Assembly (NCBI GenBank): GCA_036172245.1
Contig: JAYWIR010000043.1
Coordinates: 1,550,001-1,614,000 of the forward strand
DNA: 64,000 nt
Direction: 5' to 3'
Origin: Raillietiella orientalis
Taxonomy: Eukaryota
A model generated the notes under the pieces. The model had not been told where the DNA came from, ran no database searches, and was given only the letters and a program-made list of their open reading frames with translations. A program made the translations under genes and the position numbers. This document shows, one piece after another, positions 39,801 to 51,349 of this stretch (the first letter of the stretch is position 1; the number at the start of each line of letters is the position of its first letter).

Positions 39801-42800
39801 TTTTTCTGATTCCCAGCTCGAGTTGCCATTACAGTCGCAGTCGAGAGGATCGATCTCAGACGGCGTCTCGACTGCGGATCGCTTACTCCCAAGTTTGCCC
39901 AAGTTTGCTGCTCCACCATTAATTTCCTTCGTACTTCTCATTTCTAAGAGTTCCCCCCTCCCCCCTTAAACTGTAACCGTTCACACTGCAACCGTGCTTC
40001 CGAAACGCTCGGCAATTTCGGTCGCCGTGGCAGACAAACTCGGAAATGGAATTTTGTTTTTTTTTTCCAAGAGAATTCGGTGTTCCAAGTTGCAAGAGTG
40101 TATGCCTGGAGCCGAAGCCCGGAGCAAGGAACTCGGCCTTCCCCATCGTCCCGTGAGGAGATGACTCCGCTGCTCATTTAATCAAAGGAAACGGGTCTGA
40201 CAGGAGAATATTCTCATCCCGGTCATCTGTTGAACTCTTTTTTGCCTCCCTCGGTCGCCTCGTACTTTGCCCATTCCACATCCCGACTACGCGAAATCCA
40301 TGCTTCGGGAAACAACTAAACCTCACTTACCACACTTTTTGTTCGATCCGCCATTTGCTCCACAGATACTTTCCTTTCGGTATTGCTTCCCTTCTTGCGT
40401 GCCACGGCTCCATTCACTCTGCATTTTGTTTTGTTTTGTTTTGGTGATTCAATGGTGCTTTCCCATTGAAGTCATCGCGCGGGCTACCCCTCGGTTTCGA
40501 AGACGTGATGATGGCCTCACTGTTTGAACAGTTTTGCAAACCACAGCAATTAATGGGGCAATCCTGGAAACAAGACAAAAAAAAAAGGGATCGGAGGATC
40601 GTCTGACTGGGGACTGGGAGAAAGGGTTTTTTTTTTTTTTTTTTTTAACATCTCCCGGATTTCGGCTGAGGTATCAGAAAGCCTGAAGTTCCTGAGACCC
40701 GAAGAATAAAGTTGGGGAAGGTTCCTGTCGGCTGTCCGAGATGGGAGGCATACCGAGTCCCGTCACGAGCGAGGCTCAGCGTGTGAACCCTACCTGCACT
40801 TGCCGATTAGGGAATAGATCCTTAACCCAATTTATAGGTGAAGTTTCCGTTGGTTTTTCCATCAACAAATGACATTTGGAAGTCGGAAGTTCTGGACTTT
40901 GGCGGTTGCCCAGCAGCTGCATCAGAACGAGTGCGGCGCCGCAGACGCGCAGCGTGCGGGACAGACTAATTGGTACGGTAAACTGTACGGTCACCGAAGA
41001 GCGAGCGTCCCTTCCGGTGCTTCGCGGGTGTTTGCGCAGGCAGCGGCGATTCCCGAGCCCCGAAGAAGGCTCGCTCGACAAGCAGCGCGTCGCCGCCGCA
41101 GGGGTTGCACCAGCGGGTGACCATCCGCTTATCGACAGCGGAAGAACAAGAGGGATGCTACCTGATGCATTCCTTAGGTGCGCAGAAAACCTCCCTTCGA
41201 CCCCACGATGAAATCAGCTGTTGCAGGAGGAAATCTTTTTCGCCATCCATCCGCGGCTGCGCGTCTGTCCCAACCAAGTTTCCATTGCTCACGGCCACAG
41301 CTTCACCCTTGTGGTGTTCTTCCAGGCAATCGAAGGATCGGGGTCAAGCTGATGGATTTCGGAGAACCGTGCTGCCACGAGGAAGTCAGCGACCGCGCGT
41401 TCGTGGTTCTCCAGATGCGCGGAGCTTCCCTCTTCCTCCTTGCTTTACGCACCGCGCGAACGCGTTGTCATGGAATCTCCAACTTCGGGTTCCTCGAAAT
41501 GCCTGCCGATGCCCGTGCGATCTTGGAAAAGCCAAAAAAAAAAAAAGCGAAAAAAAAATCCTGGAGTCTTTCGCTCGTTTCGCACGTGAGGCAGAAGGCG
41601 GCGGCTCTCCAGCACGCCCAGCGTGCTCAGCAAGACGGAGGTCCAGGGAGGAGAGGAGGGACTTCGAGCGGGTCAACGGCGAGCGAGGAGATCCCGACTC
41701 CCGTGCTCCGCTGCGCTCCCAGACGGGGGGAGAGGAAAGCGAAAATCGATGAGTGGACAGGGCAGGGATCCGGAAAGCGCGCCGTGGTTTCCGGAAGCCC
41801 GCTGGTCGGCAGAGGAAGAGCACTTTCTCGACTGCCGCTTCTCCCATAGAGCTCGGAATCCGAAATTGGAGTGGAGCTGCACGTTCGCTTGATCTTCGGC
41901 TCCACTTCCGTCTTGTTATCCTCGCGGAACCATCATTTTTCATGCTGCGAGGGAAGTAAATAAAGAGGGAACGCCGGGGAAGGGAACAGTGCACTGACTT
42001 GGAGGAGGGAAAAAAAGGGGGGGGAGAGGGGACGTCCTCCGAAAGTTTGCAGTGTTTGCCAGTGTTCTCAGATATCGATCTGCAGCGGAAAATGATCAGT
42101 TCCAATCTAATCAGGAGGGGGAGGAGGAGGACGAGTGAAAGCGACGAGCGCTGGCCGTTGGTCGACGTGGGTGGTTCGGGCTGGGATCCCCGTCTAAAGA
42201 TTGGAAGCCTGCGCTGGCAACCGCGCGACTGCCAAAGTGGCCTCCTAGCGTGGCACCACGCGTTGAGGGTTCGAATCCCACCCTGGGAAGGACCGACGCC
42301 GAGAAATGAGTGCGTCGTGGGTTTCGAGGCCCCCTCCCCCGCAGGATGACGCTGGTTGGCCTACGTTCGGGTGAGGTATTCGTGGGAGCCGGATTCCCCC
42401 GTTGAGTGTCTGGGATTGGGAGCTGGCCCTCCGGGGTCTTTCTGGGAACCAAGGGACCGGTTGCCTCCAGGGTTTCACTTTGGTCTTGCGACCCTTCGTC
42501 GCTTACCACGGAGCAGACAGTGGACTGATGTCTCTACAGAGTATGAAGAAGCGCGCTGTCCCCTTCAGGGAGCGACACTTTCGAGGATGGTCAAACGAGG
42601 AGGAAGAATCGGCCGGGAGGGAGATGCTTCCTTTTCGGGGCCCCCTCTTCCCTCTCCCACCACGCTTGGGCGGTTCGAGCAGCGAGCACGACGTCGCTTT
42701 TGCACAGCACGTTGCTAGGGAGACGCTCCTCGCTTGCCACTCCCCAAGATTGCGGTTTCCGGCCTTGCCGAACCAGGCGGCTGGGTCCTCTCGTCATGCC

Positions 42801-44547
42801 GGTGGTCAACGAGTCAGAGGTTTCTCATTTTGCAGTTGCCGAGGTGCTGATATTGGGAGCGGACGTGATTTACGTCAATCAAGGATCAACAATCAACCTG
42901 ACCTGCGTCATAAAGTTCACTCCCGACCCTCCGGAGTATCTCTTCTGGTACTACAAGGATCGCGTGAGTATCTTTAATTTTGCGTCCACACTTGTGAGAG
43001 AGGGTGGACAATTCCTCGGAGTTCCCCCCCTACGGGATATTCCCCTCTTCCTAACTTTTCCCGTGCTCAGGAGACCTTAATAACACGAGCGAGGAGAGAA
43101 GCTTGTGCTCTCCTTATTCCCGGAAACGGCGTCGTTGTCCCCGAAGCCCGGCGAGCGAGCCCCGTTGTTTCCTGGAAACGCAGTTTCCGCTTCCTCGTTT
43201 AGCTGATTGGGCGGGGTCCGCGCTCCGACACCTCCCCTCCATGCGCGGAGCGCGCCGAAGAAGGCGGAAGGTGCGCGTTCGGCCTTCGGCATCCACGTCG
43301 CAGGGCCTTCCTTTCTTTCCCTTTCCTCCTCTTCTCCTGCTGATGACCTCCGCAGAGGAGCCATCACGCGAGGTTCTTTGACGGCGATCCGCAGTATTGG
43401 ACCTGAGAGGAAGGATTCTGCAGGACTCGGAGGGAACCGCTCCGAATCAATTTTTAAAATCAGCAGATAAATAAAAGGCAGTGAGCAAAGATCGGGCCAT
43501 CTGCCGGTGCGAGCCAAAAGGGCCCGCGTTTCACGGGGAAAGAGCGGGCCAGCTTGCCGACCAGGGAGGATGAAGGGTGAGGAGGAAGAGCCAGTAGGTA
43601 AGTGGGAGTCGGACAGGCTGGCCTCGCGGTGGCAAACACGAACCGCGTGATTCCTACTTGGGAAAGGAAGGGGTGCAGGGAGTGGATGACGCCGCTAGCT
43701 TCGGGGTAGCCTGCCAACTGTCTCACCTTTCCTGTGCGTTGTAACCCAGGCCGGGTCGTTTCGTCTACTCCCACGCAAGGACAGGGAAGATCTCCTCTCT
43801 TTCCGCATCCCTTATGGTCGCTTCCCGTGCGTGCGTTCCTCGTTCCGAGGGAGGGACCGCATGCACCAGCAGGATGGTGGCGCGCAGAACGTAGTAAAGA
43901 ACAAGGGCAGAGACGTCGATGAGGAAGTCTGGAAACTCCTTGCATCATGCTGCAGGAGAATCCTCTACAACGACTTGGGAGCAATCCCATGGAATAGTCA
44001 CCACTGCTAACTGGGGACCTGGATTCTGGTTGGAAACAGATTATAGATTCTTGATTAGAACTAATCGCTTTTCTCGATGGAACCGAAGTCTAAGCAGGGG
44101 TCAAAATTCCATCTGCCCCCCTCCCTTTCCTTCTCCAATTTTCCTTCCCCTCTCATGATTTTCAAGTATCTGCGTTCTGGCTGCACTCTCCACACTCCTA
44201 CAATCTCGTCTGCTTCAGATTTTAGCTAACAGCGACCACAAAAGGAGGGTTGAGATTACCACTCGACGGGACCAGAAGACCGTCAGCAGCCTGCTGATCA
44301 GACAGGCCCAGAGGTCGGATTCCGGCGAGTATACCTGCAGCCCGTCCAACACGCAGAGTGTGGCTGTGAAAGTGCACGTCATAAAAGGTTGATAGGAGAG
44401 CTGGCTTTCCCTGAAGCCATCCCCTGGTCCATGCTTTCTCCTCCAGGTGACATCCCTGCCGCCATGCAGTCGAGTGGGTACTCGATTCGTCGGTTCGTTT
44501 CCCTCCTGACTCTATCACTGGTCCCTGCCTTAGGAGTGACCAGGTGA
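13316..44547 (+). CDS. dpr: Dpr-family two-Ig-domain cell-surface protein, 6 coding exons, 270 aa, probable signal peptide and GPI anchor (family-level call; ortholog not assignable by eye)
   Basis: Spliced translation: MKRISSWILFFVCHYGELSQPPETGNDFSDPVDHAKPFFDPHNEVNVSVVSGKTAFLRCRVRNLGNKT|VSWIRHRDVHILSSGPEIYVTDRRFNIYYDGDGDTWTLNIKYAHVDDSGYYECQISTLPIQKQLFRLNVI|VAEVLILGADVIYVNQGSTINLTCVIKFTPDPPEYLFWYYKDR|ILANSDHKRRVEITTRRDQKTVSSLLIRQAQRSDSGEYTCSPSNTQSVAVKVHVIK|GDIPAAMQSSGYSIRRFVSLLTLSLVPALGVTR*. Dpr hallmarks are present: CRVxNLGNKTVSWIRHRD, DSGxYECQ(I/V)ST, GSTINLTC, DSGxYTCxPSN and PAAMQ. All five introns are GT-AG with matching phases (1,0,1,0,1). Confidence 0.93.
16722..16879 (+). CDS. dpr: Dpr gene coding exon 2 (N-terminal half of Ig1)
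   Basis: Acceptor tttgtag|GA at 16721, with an in-frame alternative ttctcag|AT at 16763. Encodes ELSQ...PFFDPHNEVNVSVVSGKTAFLRCRVRNLGNKT. Donor ACG|GTAAGG. Confidence 0.9.
18040..18430 (+). mobile_element. Degenerate CR1/Jockey-group LINE reverse-transcriptase fragment (Dpr intron 2)
   Basis: NAF...RSLETT...DEMTT...**FDRITNDSDGLLE*MRDSG...KPITS resembles Q.GF...RS.TT...KAFD.V.H.GLL.K...G...I.SGVPQG, with several stops. Confidence 0.45.
20860..21280 (+). mobile_element. Degenerate pogo-family (DDE_1) transposase fragment
   Basis: KGVPSKEM*FSRNLDE (~GVP..NI.N.DET); HSSSQMPFGWCSAG...LPPL.F.VY (~S.MFC.SA.G..LPPY.VY); CNKSRTDDSGFKE (~N.S.SGWFD...FE). Confidence 0.45.
25690..26320 (-). mobile_element. 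Degenerate RTE-clade LINE 3' fragment
   Basis: Minus strand, in order and frameshifted: EELNHGIHMGLSLSWKKETR (~EELN...GL..N..KTK), KKQNRWV (~K.RW.GH), NRDLWV (~A.NR..WR). Confidence 0.45.
29385..29412. repeat. (TC)14 microsatellite
   Basis: Read directly from the sequence. Confidence 0.97.
30762..30807. repeat. (AG)23 microsatellite
   Basis: Read directly from the sequence. Confidence 0.97.
34905..35115 (+). CDS. dpr: Dpr gene coding exon 3 (C-terminal part of Ig1, V-set)
   Basis: Pyrimidine tract and cttgcag|GTT acceptor; encodes VSWIRHRDVHIL...DDSGYYECQISTLP...LNVI. Donor G|GTAAGT. Confidence 0.96.
42225..42290 (+). mobile_element. tRNA-derived SINE head or tRNA pseudogene remnant
   Basis: Perfect Pol III B-box GGTTCGAATCC at 42268-42278 inside a T-arm-like stem (gaggg/cccac, one mismatch). 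A-box-like GCCAAAGTGG at 42231-42240. No complete cloverleaf. Confidence 0.55.
42836..42963 (+). CDS. dpr: Dpr gene coding exon 4 (N-terminal half of Ig2)
   Basis: tttctcattttgcag|TT acceptor; encodes AEVLILGADVIYVNQGSTINLTCVIKFTPDPPEYLFWYYKDR. Donor CGC|GTGAGT. Confidence 0.95.
44219..44387 (+). CDS. dpr: Dpr gene coding exon 5 (C-terminal half of Ig2)
   Basis: tctgcttcag|ATT acceptor; encodes ...VSSLLIRQAQRSDSGEYTCSPSNTQSVAVKVHVIK. Donor AAG|GTTGAT is weak. Confidence 0.93.
44447..44547 (+). CDS. dpr: Dpr gene coding exon 6 (linker, hydrophobic GPI-signal-like tail, stop)
   Basis: gctttctcctccag|GT acceptor, phase 1; encodes (G)DIPAAMQSSGYSIRRFVSLLTLSLVPALGVTR-TGA. PAAMQ is typical of Dprs, and small residues (SSG) followed by a terminal hydrophobic stretch fit a GPI signal. 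Confidence 0.88.
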
Positions 44548-47500
44548 ACGATCATGGCAATCCCGACCGTGAGTAGGAATGTGAAGGTTTCCTGGTGAAC
44601 GAGGCAGCTTTAGTCGTTGTCAAGCAGCTTTTCTGCTCTCGTCATTCAGCATTTTGCGTGGGGGAACAAAGGCTGGATGCTGTGCCAACACCCCACGAAA
44701 AGCGCAGGAATGGGTGCAAGGAGTTGCAAGAGCTAGTCGGTGGTGGTGTGCAGAACCTTACAGGCTGCAGTCATCTAGGAACCACTAGTGGTCCGATGGA
44801 GGTTGCATCCGATCGTGAGGAAAGGAATCCAACAGCGAGCAAACATGGGTCTCCAGGGACCGATGTGGACACTAACGGTTTCCGACGCGAAGATTGGATT
44901 TTGTGCCTTTTAGATTATATTTTATCTTAACAAATGAGAAATAGAATCGACGAATGAGTGCAACTGGATGTGAAGTCTTTTTCGCCTCGAAGCCGCTGCG
45001 ACACGTTTTCAAGTGTCGCGCTAACACGGTGTAGAGAGTTTCCAAGGTCGACTCAGGTGACAGTCTCATCCGAGAATCCAAGGAGACAAAAATGGCGCAA
45101 CGGATTTTCTCCGCTATCAGCATATGGTGTTCCACCAAAGGGGAAACTGAGGGTAGCAACACAAGATCAGTGGATGAGCAAAGTGATGTAAGAGCTGATT
45201 TACAGCACCCTATGGAGGATGCTGCAAAGCGAAAGGACTTGAAGCCACTGCCCACGAAACAAATTCTTCAGGATTATTGTCACCCAGAATCCATCTGAAA
45301 TTCCCCCTTGGATTGCTGAAAGGTTACCAAGATGGAACAGGAAGGGAATTAGCTGGAAACAGGAATGACCCAAACCGCTCGAGCCTTCCCACTTCCTGGA
45401 TCTTGCAACGAGGAGGAGAGTTTTCGTTTTAGGATGCATAGTGGAAACAAAGGGAATGGGTCTTCCAGGAGACAATCACCCCCGCGAGATGAATCGCATT
45501 AGGGGAAAGGACTTTGTCCTCCATTGGTTGGAGCTCAAGTTATGGTGCATCGAGTTGCCTGCTCGTCCAGAAGACGAAATCAAAACAGAACGGGGTTCAT
45601 ACTGCGATGCGCCGATTCAAAAGCAGAAGGCGCATTGAAAGGAAAGGACAGACACACTAGAAGTGAAAGCGCTGCCGACAGCGCTGCATGACATTTGTCA
45701 GCGTCTCCTCGTGAGTCGCGGCTGCCGAAAGGTCAAAAGAGAGATGCTTCGAGGTGATACGAGAATGCATTTGCAGAACAAAACAGATCCCTCGCAGGTT
45801 TTCATCCGCAGGCGCTGTTTTGTCATGTCTGCTCACTTTTGTCAAGTGGAAGATTCTTGTCCTTCCTGATTCGCGTCTTGGTAGTGCCCCAGCAATTAGT
45901 AAAAGTTGAAGACTACCTGGATGAGAATCAGCAGATGCGTTCACAGATGTTGCGAGCGAGTAACGAAAACCTCCACCTCCTTAATGATCTCGACGGGAAA
46001 AGAATGCCTTCTGGATGAGTGCTCCTCCTGAACTCTAATCCCAAGTTCTTCCGGAACCAAGCAGCTCCGTCTGGAAAACGAATTCAAGAGATGTCTCAAA
46101 AATTGCGGCAGAAGACAACTTCTAGTTCGAAGTTTGGCTTCCTGAAACTCGAAGAAAGACGAGAGAATTCCTGCTGCGAACTTTTCTTGAAGAATGCGCC
46201 GCTGCAAATATCTGTGTTCTGTCGCTTTGTCAGCTGCAAACACTGAATCATAGGTGTTGCTGCACGTTCCTTTGGCGCTACAGCCCACGTGGACTCGTGC
46301 TTTGGAAGGCCGCGCATGTCAATAGGTTGCTTCCACTCCGTGAGCGCTAGTCCTTCAGCCACAACCAGCAAGGCTCAGAGAGGATGCTGGGTGACATTTT
46401 GCCACACGCAAAGCCTTCAACACATGCTGTTTGCGGAGTGTCCAGCTGTGGCTGTGGGGACTCTGGCCGACTTCACAGTGTGGACCTTTGAAGCAACAGT
46501 GGCATGCCTGCCTCTGCTGCTAAAGCTTCAGATTCCTTGCTCGAAAAGGGAAGCCATCTCGTCTGGGCGCTGCTATCCTCGGAGAATGGGGCTCTCGCCT
46601 TTCCTCTGGGTCTTCCACGAAACTCTCAGGCGTTTAGCAAGGAGTGTTGGTCACCAACCACCCAACCTCACTTACAGAATATTTTATGCGTCGTTCTCAA
46701 ATCTTGAAATGCCTTTTAGACAAGCAGTATGGATGGGACTTCAAAACATGAATATCTTTCTTGGTAATCCTGAACGTTTTTTCCTTCCCTCTACGATCAT
46801 ACAGGAGTGCTGAAAGGCACTAATAAAAAAAATGACTCTGTTCCTAAGGACAATAACGCAAAAATGTCACGATGAAAAATTACTCTCTGGATGCAGTGCT
46901 ATAGTTTAAACATAGTTCTGCGAGCTTTCAGACCCATTTTTATGATGATTGGCTTAGTAAATCTTACAGTTTCTGTTTCGTATCTGAATCAGCATTTCTT
47001 TTGCTTGCTTTTTTTTGGCTTTGTCATGCTGGTAGTGACTGCCGATCTGTGAAATTTTGAAGCGGATCTTTGAGTCTCGATTTCTGCACCGACTCAGAAA
47101 AGATCTCACGTAAGCAGTTGCTTCAAAACTGATGGGATTTTTTCGAGATGTGGTTTCACTTTTTAAGGAAACTCCTTCCAGCAGGCATCGCTTTTTCCGA
47201 CGCATCCTTTAGAGAGAGATCTTTGCATATTTTCATTCACTTCTTCACTAATTCTGTAGAAATTTCGTGACTCGGGTGGCCTTCTATCAGAGGCGCACTA
47301 AAACAGACGCTCACGCGGCATCAACAAATTTCTGAGGATCCTTTTCACTCCCATCGGTGCCACAATGAGACCGAAGCCTCTTATGCGTGACGCCATGACC
47401 ACGAAGCAACTGCGGAGCGATCAGGAGGGTCACTCGTTTGCCGCCCTTGCCATCGCTGAGGTCAAATTCATCTGCGACCGCACCTGTTCGCAATCTGATT

Positions 47501-48589
47501 AGGAAGCGTGGACTTTGGGAGACCACATTCCCACACCAGGAGTCACCCGGAAGCGGAGTTCACTCATAAGCCACAACACCATGCACCGTGCCAGCCAATT
47601 CTGGTGTTTGGGAGCGTCCGTTCCAAGTGCTTTCTTAGGGACTTTGGTTTACAGCCGTAGCTGATTGCTTCTCTGTATCACTTTAGAAGAATAAATACAT
47701 TCGTGCAGCAACTTTGTCTACTTATTCCTGCAAATTTGCAAGAGCATGGTGCACATCAGTGCCGAGTGCGGGTAATTCCAGGATTTTGTTCTCAGCGTAA
47801 ATTCAGGAAAATGCTGTTCATCCAAATCAGATTGCGAATTCATTAGCCGTTCCGGTCTTGGAAGAGGGGGAAAAAAAAACAAAAAACACATTTCAGTGTG
47901 CCTATTTTCATCATGGCCCTATATTCAGACTACAATCGGACGACACACTGCACTCGGGAGAATCTTCTAAGATCATAGGAACATTGGATGCATCTGTGCG
48001 TTGATCCTCTTACTCTCGCTGATAAACATTGAAGATCAATTTGAGCTGAAGCGAAAGTCACTGCTTTTCAAGCTGCAATGCACTTTGTTCGAGTCACAGA
48101 AAAGCAGAACCTGGAGGCATAAAAATATCTTTTTCGCACACAAGAAAGCAGGGAGAAACGCCGGCATGCCGTGGTGAGAATTTGTTTCCGAGGCCGTAGC
48201 CCTTGACGAGCGTCTCGAGATGCTGTCTGGAGCAGAGCTTCGAGAGATCCCTCTCTCCCCTGTGAGCCCACAAAAACTGAAATCAAAGAACGAGCGAGAC
48301 TGCGAATCTTCGCAGGAGCAAGGAACCCGGCGTGGTGCGGACCGACTTCAGGCACTGTTGCAGAGGTGCGGAAGAGCAAGGATTCTGGACGGAGAAGAAC
48401 GGAGGAAAGGCGCCAACAGCGGGCTCCGGACGGCATGCAATGCGCGGTTGAGAGCTCTTTGCTGCTTCGTCGGAAATAGTCAGATGGGCGGCTCCCTGTT
48501 TAGAAATCTCCCGTCATGCTGAACATCCTTATTCTTTTCGTTTTTTTTCTTTTTTTTGTTGGGTTAGGAGCAGCTTCTACTAAAAGAGA

Positions 48590-48780
48590 CAAGTGATCTA
48601 ACATTCCGAATCCTACAAGGAGAATTCTCGCCAGAGTTGGCACGGTAGGACATCGGAACTCTTTAGCCAGAATGAGCGACGCAGGAATTGAAGCAGCTCA
48701 ATTGGAGCAGGAAAGTTCGTCATTTACGGAGGCCTTCCAGTTTTCCAAGATCGTGCTTATGGTTTGCTTCACGCGCTAAA
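48590..48780 (+). mobile_element. Possible CR1/Jockey-group LINE ORF2 C-terminal remnant
   Basis: DLTFRILQGEFSPEL...SSFPRSCLW resembles DL...+I..G.CS.EL...SF.PR...LWN. Confidence 0.35.
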
Positions 48781-51233
48781 AAGAGAAATGTGATCTCCGA
48801 AGCTCAGTGAAGACTTCTTCTGAAGTAGACGCATGGGCCTCCAATCAGGTTGAATGCACAAAGATCCTCGCATGATTGCTTCCTCCAGAAAGATCGTGCA
48901 AAGCGGCACCCTGGATAATTAGGCTGTTTTTTTTTTTTTTTTTCTTCGTCTTCTTCTTTTTCTTTTTTTTTTGGAAATTGGAAGTACGGCCCTTCCGGAT
49001 TTGTAGACCTCACTCTCTCAGCGATGCGGAAGTCGAAAGGAAAGTTTTCATAAAGAAAAAGCCCTTCGTCGAACTGCGTCGAGCCTCGAGCACCTGACGA
49101 CGGCAGAACAGCTGCGGCCCCGGATTCATCCACGAGCCTCCCTTGAACCTCCTCCCAAAAAGAGATGCAGCAAGAGGAAAGGGGGAGCACACAGTTAGTG
49201 CGAGGGTATTGGACCCTGCCGCAAATGCTCAGCCATTGCACCGGCGTTCCTCCTATGCGTAGAAAAACACGAAGATCTTCTGGAGGAAAGGCGACGCATG
49301 GAAGGGAAGTCGTCCTTAGCAATCGGACGATTCTGGAAGTTCAGTTGACGCTTACGTCGGATCTGCTCCAGCCTGGAAGTGCGTGACCACCACGGAAGTC
49401 TGCTTTACGTTCGAGAATGTGACAGCCCGCATTCCAAAAAGTTCTGGTAGAGAAAGAAGGGAAATTCCTTCAAGAATCCCTTCTATTATTCTCTAAGGGA
49501 TTACGAGTTTCGGTCGAAACGTGTGCTGTGCACCCTTCAGAATTTTAAAACCCTCAAAGATGAATAAATCACTGAAGAACTCGCCAATTCAAAAGCATAT
49601 GCAGAAAGAAAGGTAAAGCTGATGGTGCGTTCTGGTAGCCGTCGCAGCATGTATGGATGCACCTTCTTGGCCACCATCTCCATAAGATAGGAGGAAATCC
49701 ACGATCAAGCAGCACACTTGGGGAAAGCAGCAACGTGAGGGCCTCAAATTCACTCTGACTATCCGAGGATGCAGGAAGAGGATGTAGAATGGGCTGCTAC
49801 CCTGAAGATGCTCCCAGAAGAACTTCGTTCTCTGCGATATCATTTCAACCTTCCACTGAGAGATGTTCTACAAGACTTGGCAGAGTGATCCCGTCTGACC
49901 ACCACACCATTTGCCGGGTCTGTCTACCCTTAGGGTAAGCAATCGCAGTCACGGAAGGTGGAAGGTGAGGTGGGAATTTCGGAACCACTGCGGAAGTGAC
50001 GAAACTCCTCGGCGGCTGAAAGACGAGCGAGCTGGTGGACATTGCCGTTCCGCGTTGTCGGGACAGGGGACTTCTCCTCCAGCAGGGACTTTCGAGCGTG
50101 TTCCCTGAGGAACCAGTGGTCGCTCCTTTGTGTTTGGACGCTTCGGTGTTCCTTTTGAGGTAGAAGCAAGACATGGTGGGTGCAGTTATAGCACTGAGAT
50201 TCCGAATGCAACCGTTGCCGACACCTCGTCTTTCGGAGGATCGCATCCCCGAAATGTTCCTGGCACGAGGCGACTCAATCGTCCCTGCATCTGTTGTTGG
50301 ACTTTATGAAGTGCGGAGGAGGGCGGCTTCGGCGCTGCTGCGCCCGGAGGACACCGTCAAGGAGTCGCCGAGGCGATTGGACCAGAGCAGGGAAGTTGTC
50401 CATCATCATAGGATGCAAGGCATGGATTCGTGAGGGAGAAGTGTAGTCACAGAAGCGAATGGAAATAACATTCATCGTGGATGCAGAGACTTTTCGTTCA
50501 AGAGAGCTCGCTCCTTTCAAAGGCAAGGAAATGGAAGCTCGATTTCCCTATCCGTATGCTCAAAATCAAATGAGAAACAAGAATTTTTCCTTGCTGGTTT
50601 CGGAAAGCCCAGTTCAGATCATCTCCGTTGTGAAGGGACTAGCTCCTCCTCTGAAACCAAAGGCAACATTGGCAACCATTTATCCACTCTGTTGCAATGA
50701 GATTAGGAGAGAACGAAGGGCAGCTGCTGTCGATTTCCCAGGTACTCATTATGAGACCATGTTTCGCCCACAGAAACGCTTGTTGAGAAAGTTCCAAAGA
50801 CTTCAGAGGTTTTCCGGAGCCTCGAGCATTGCAGATTCAAAGCAAAAAACGAAATGCCGTCCCTCAGAATTAAGCACCAAACTGCGCTACTGGGATCCGT
50901 AGCACAGTTTGTTCCCAGGAACGCTCAAAGATTCCGGGTTCCTATGCTCACACATCTCGTTTCATCGCTGATGTGGTGTAACCTGTTCTTACCGTTTTGC
51001 ATGGAACGACAATCTTCTTGGACTCGAATATACTTACGAAGGCGTCATCTTACATGCTGATTGGTGCTCTGGAGCTTCGAGCCAGCTATGTTTTTGGAAA
51101 AGCGTTCCAGGATCACTCCACTGTGTGCAATTTCTTAGCGTCCAGAGCTTTCTTCGAGAGTTACCCTCTCTAAAGATTCCTTTTTCTACTTGAGGTCTCC
51201 TGACTAAATGAATTTAAAAGAACAAGTTGCTGG

Positions 51234-51250
51234 CACACACACACACACAC
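51234..51250. repeat. (CA)8 microsatellite
   Basis: Read directly from the sequence. Confidence 0.9.
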
Positions 51251-51349
51251 GCTACCGAGAGTTTCTATACCCTTTCTCTAAAATATCCTGCTATTGAGAA
51301 TCGAGAAACAGCTGCCTTGTGCATTATTCCACACTTTTGCTCATTCTTT

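Noticed and set aside
42225..42290. Functional tRNA gene
   Set aside because: No acceptor or anticodon stems consistent with a cloverleaf; treated as a SINE or pseudo-tRNA head.
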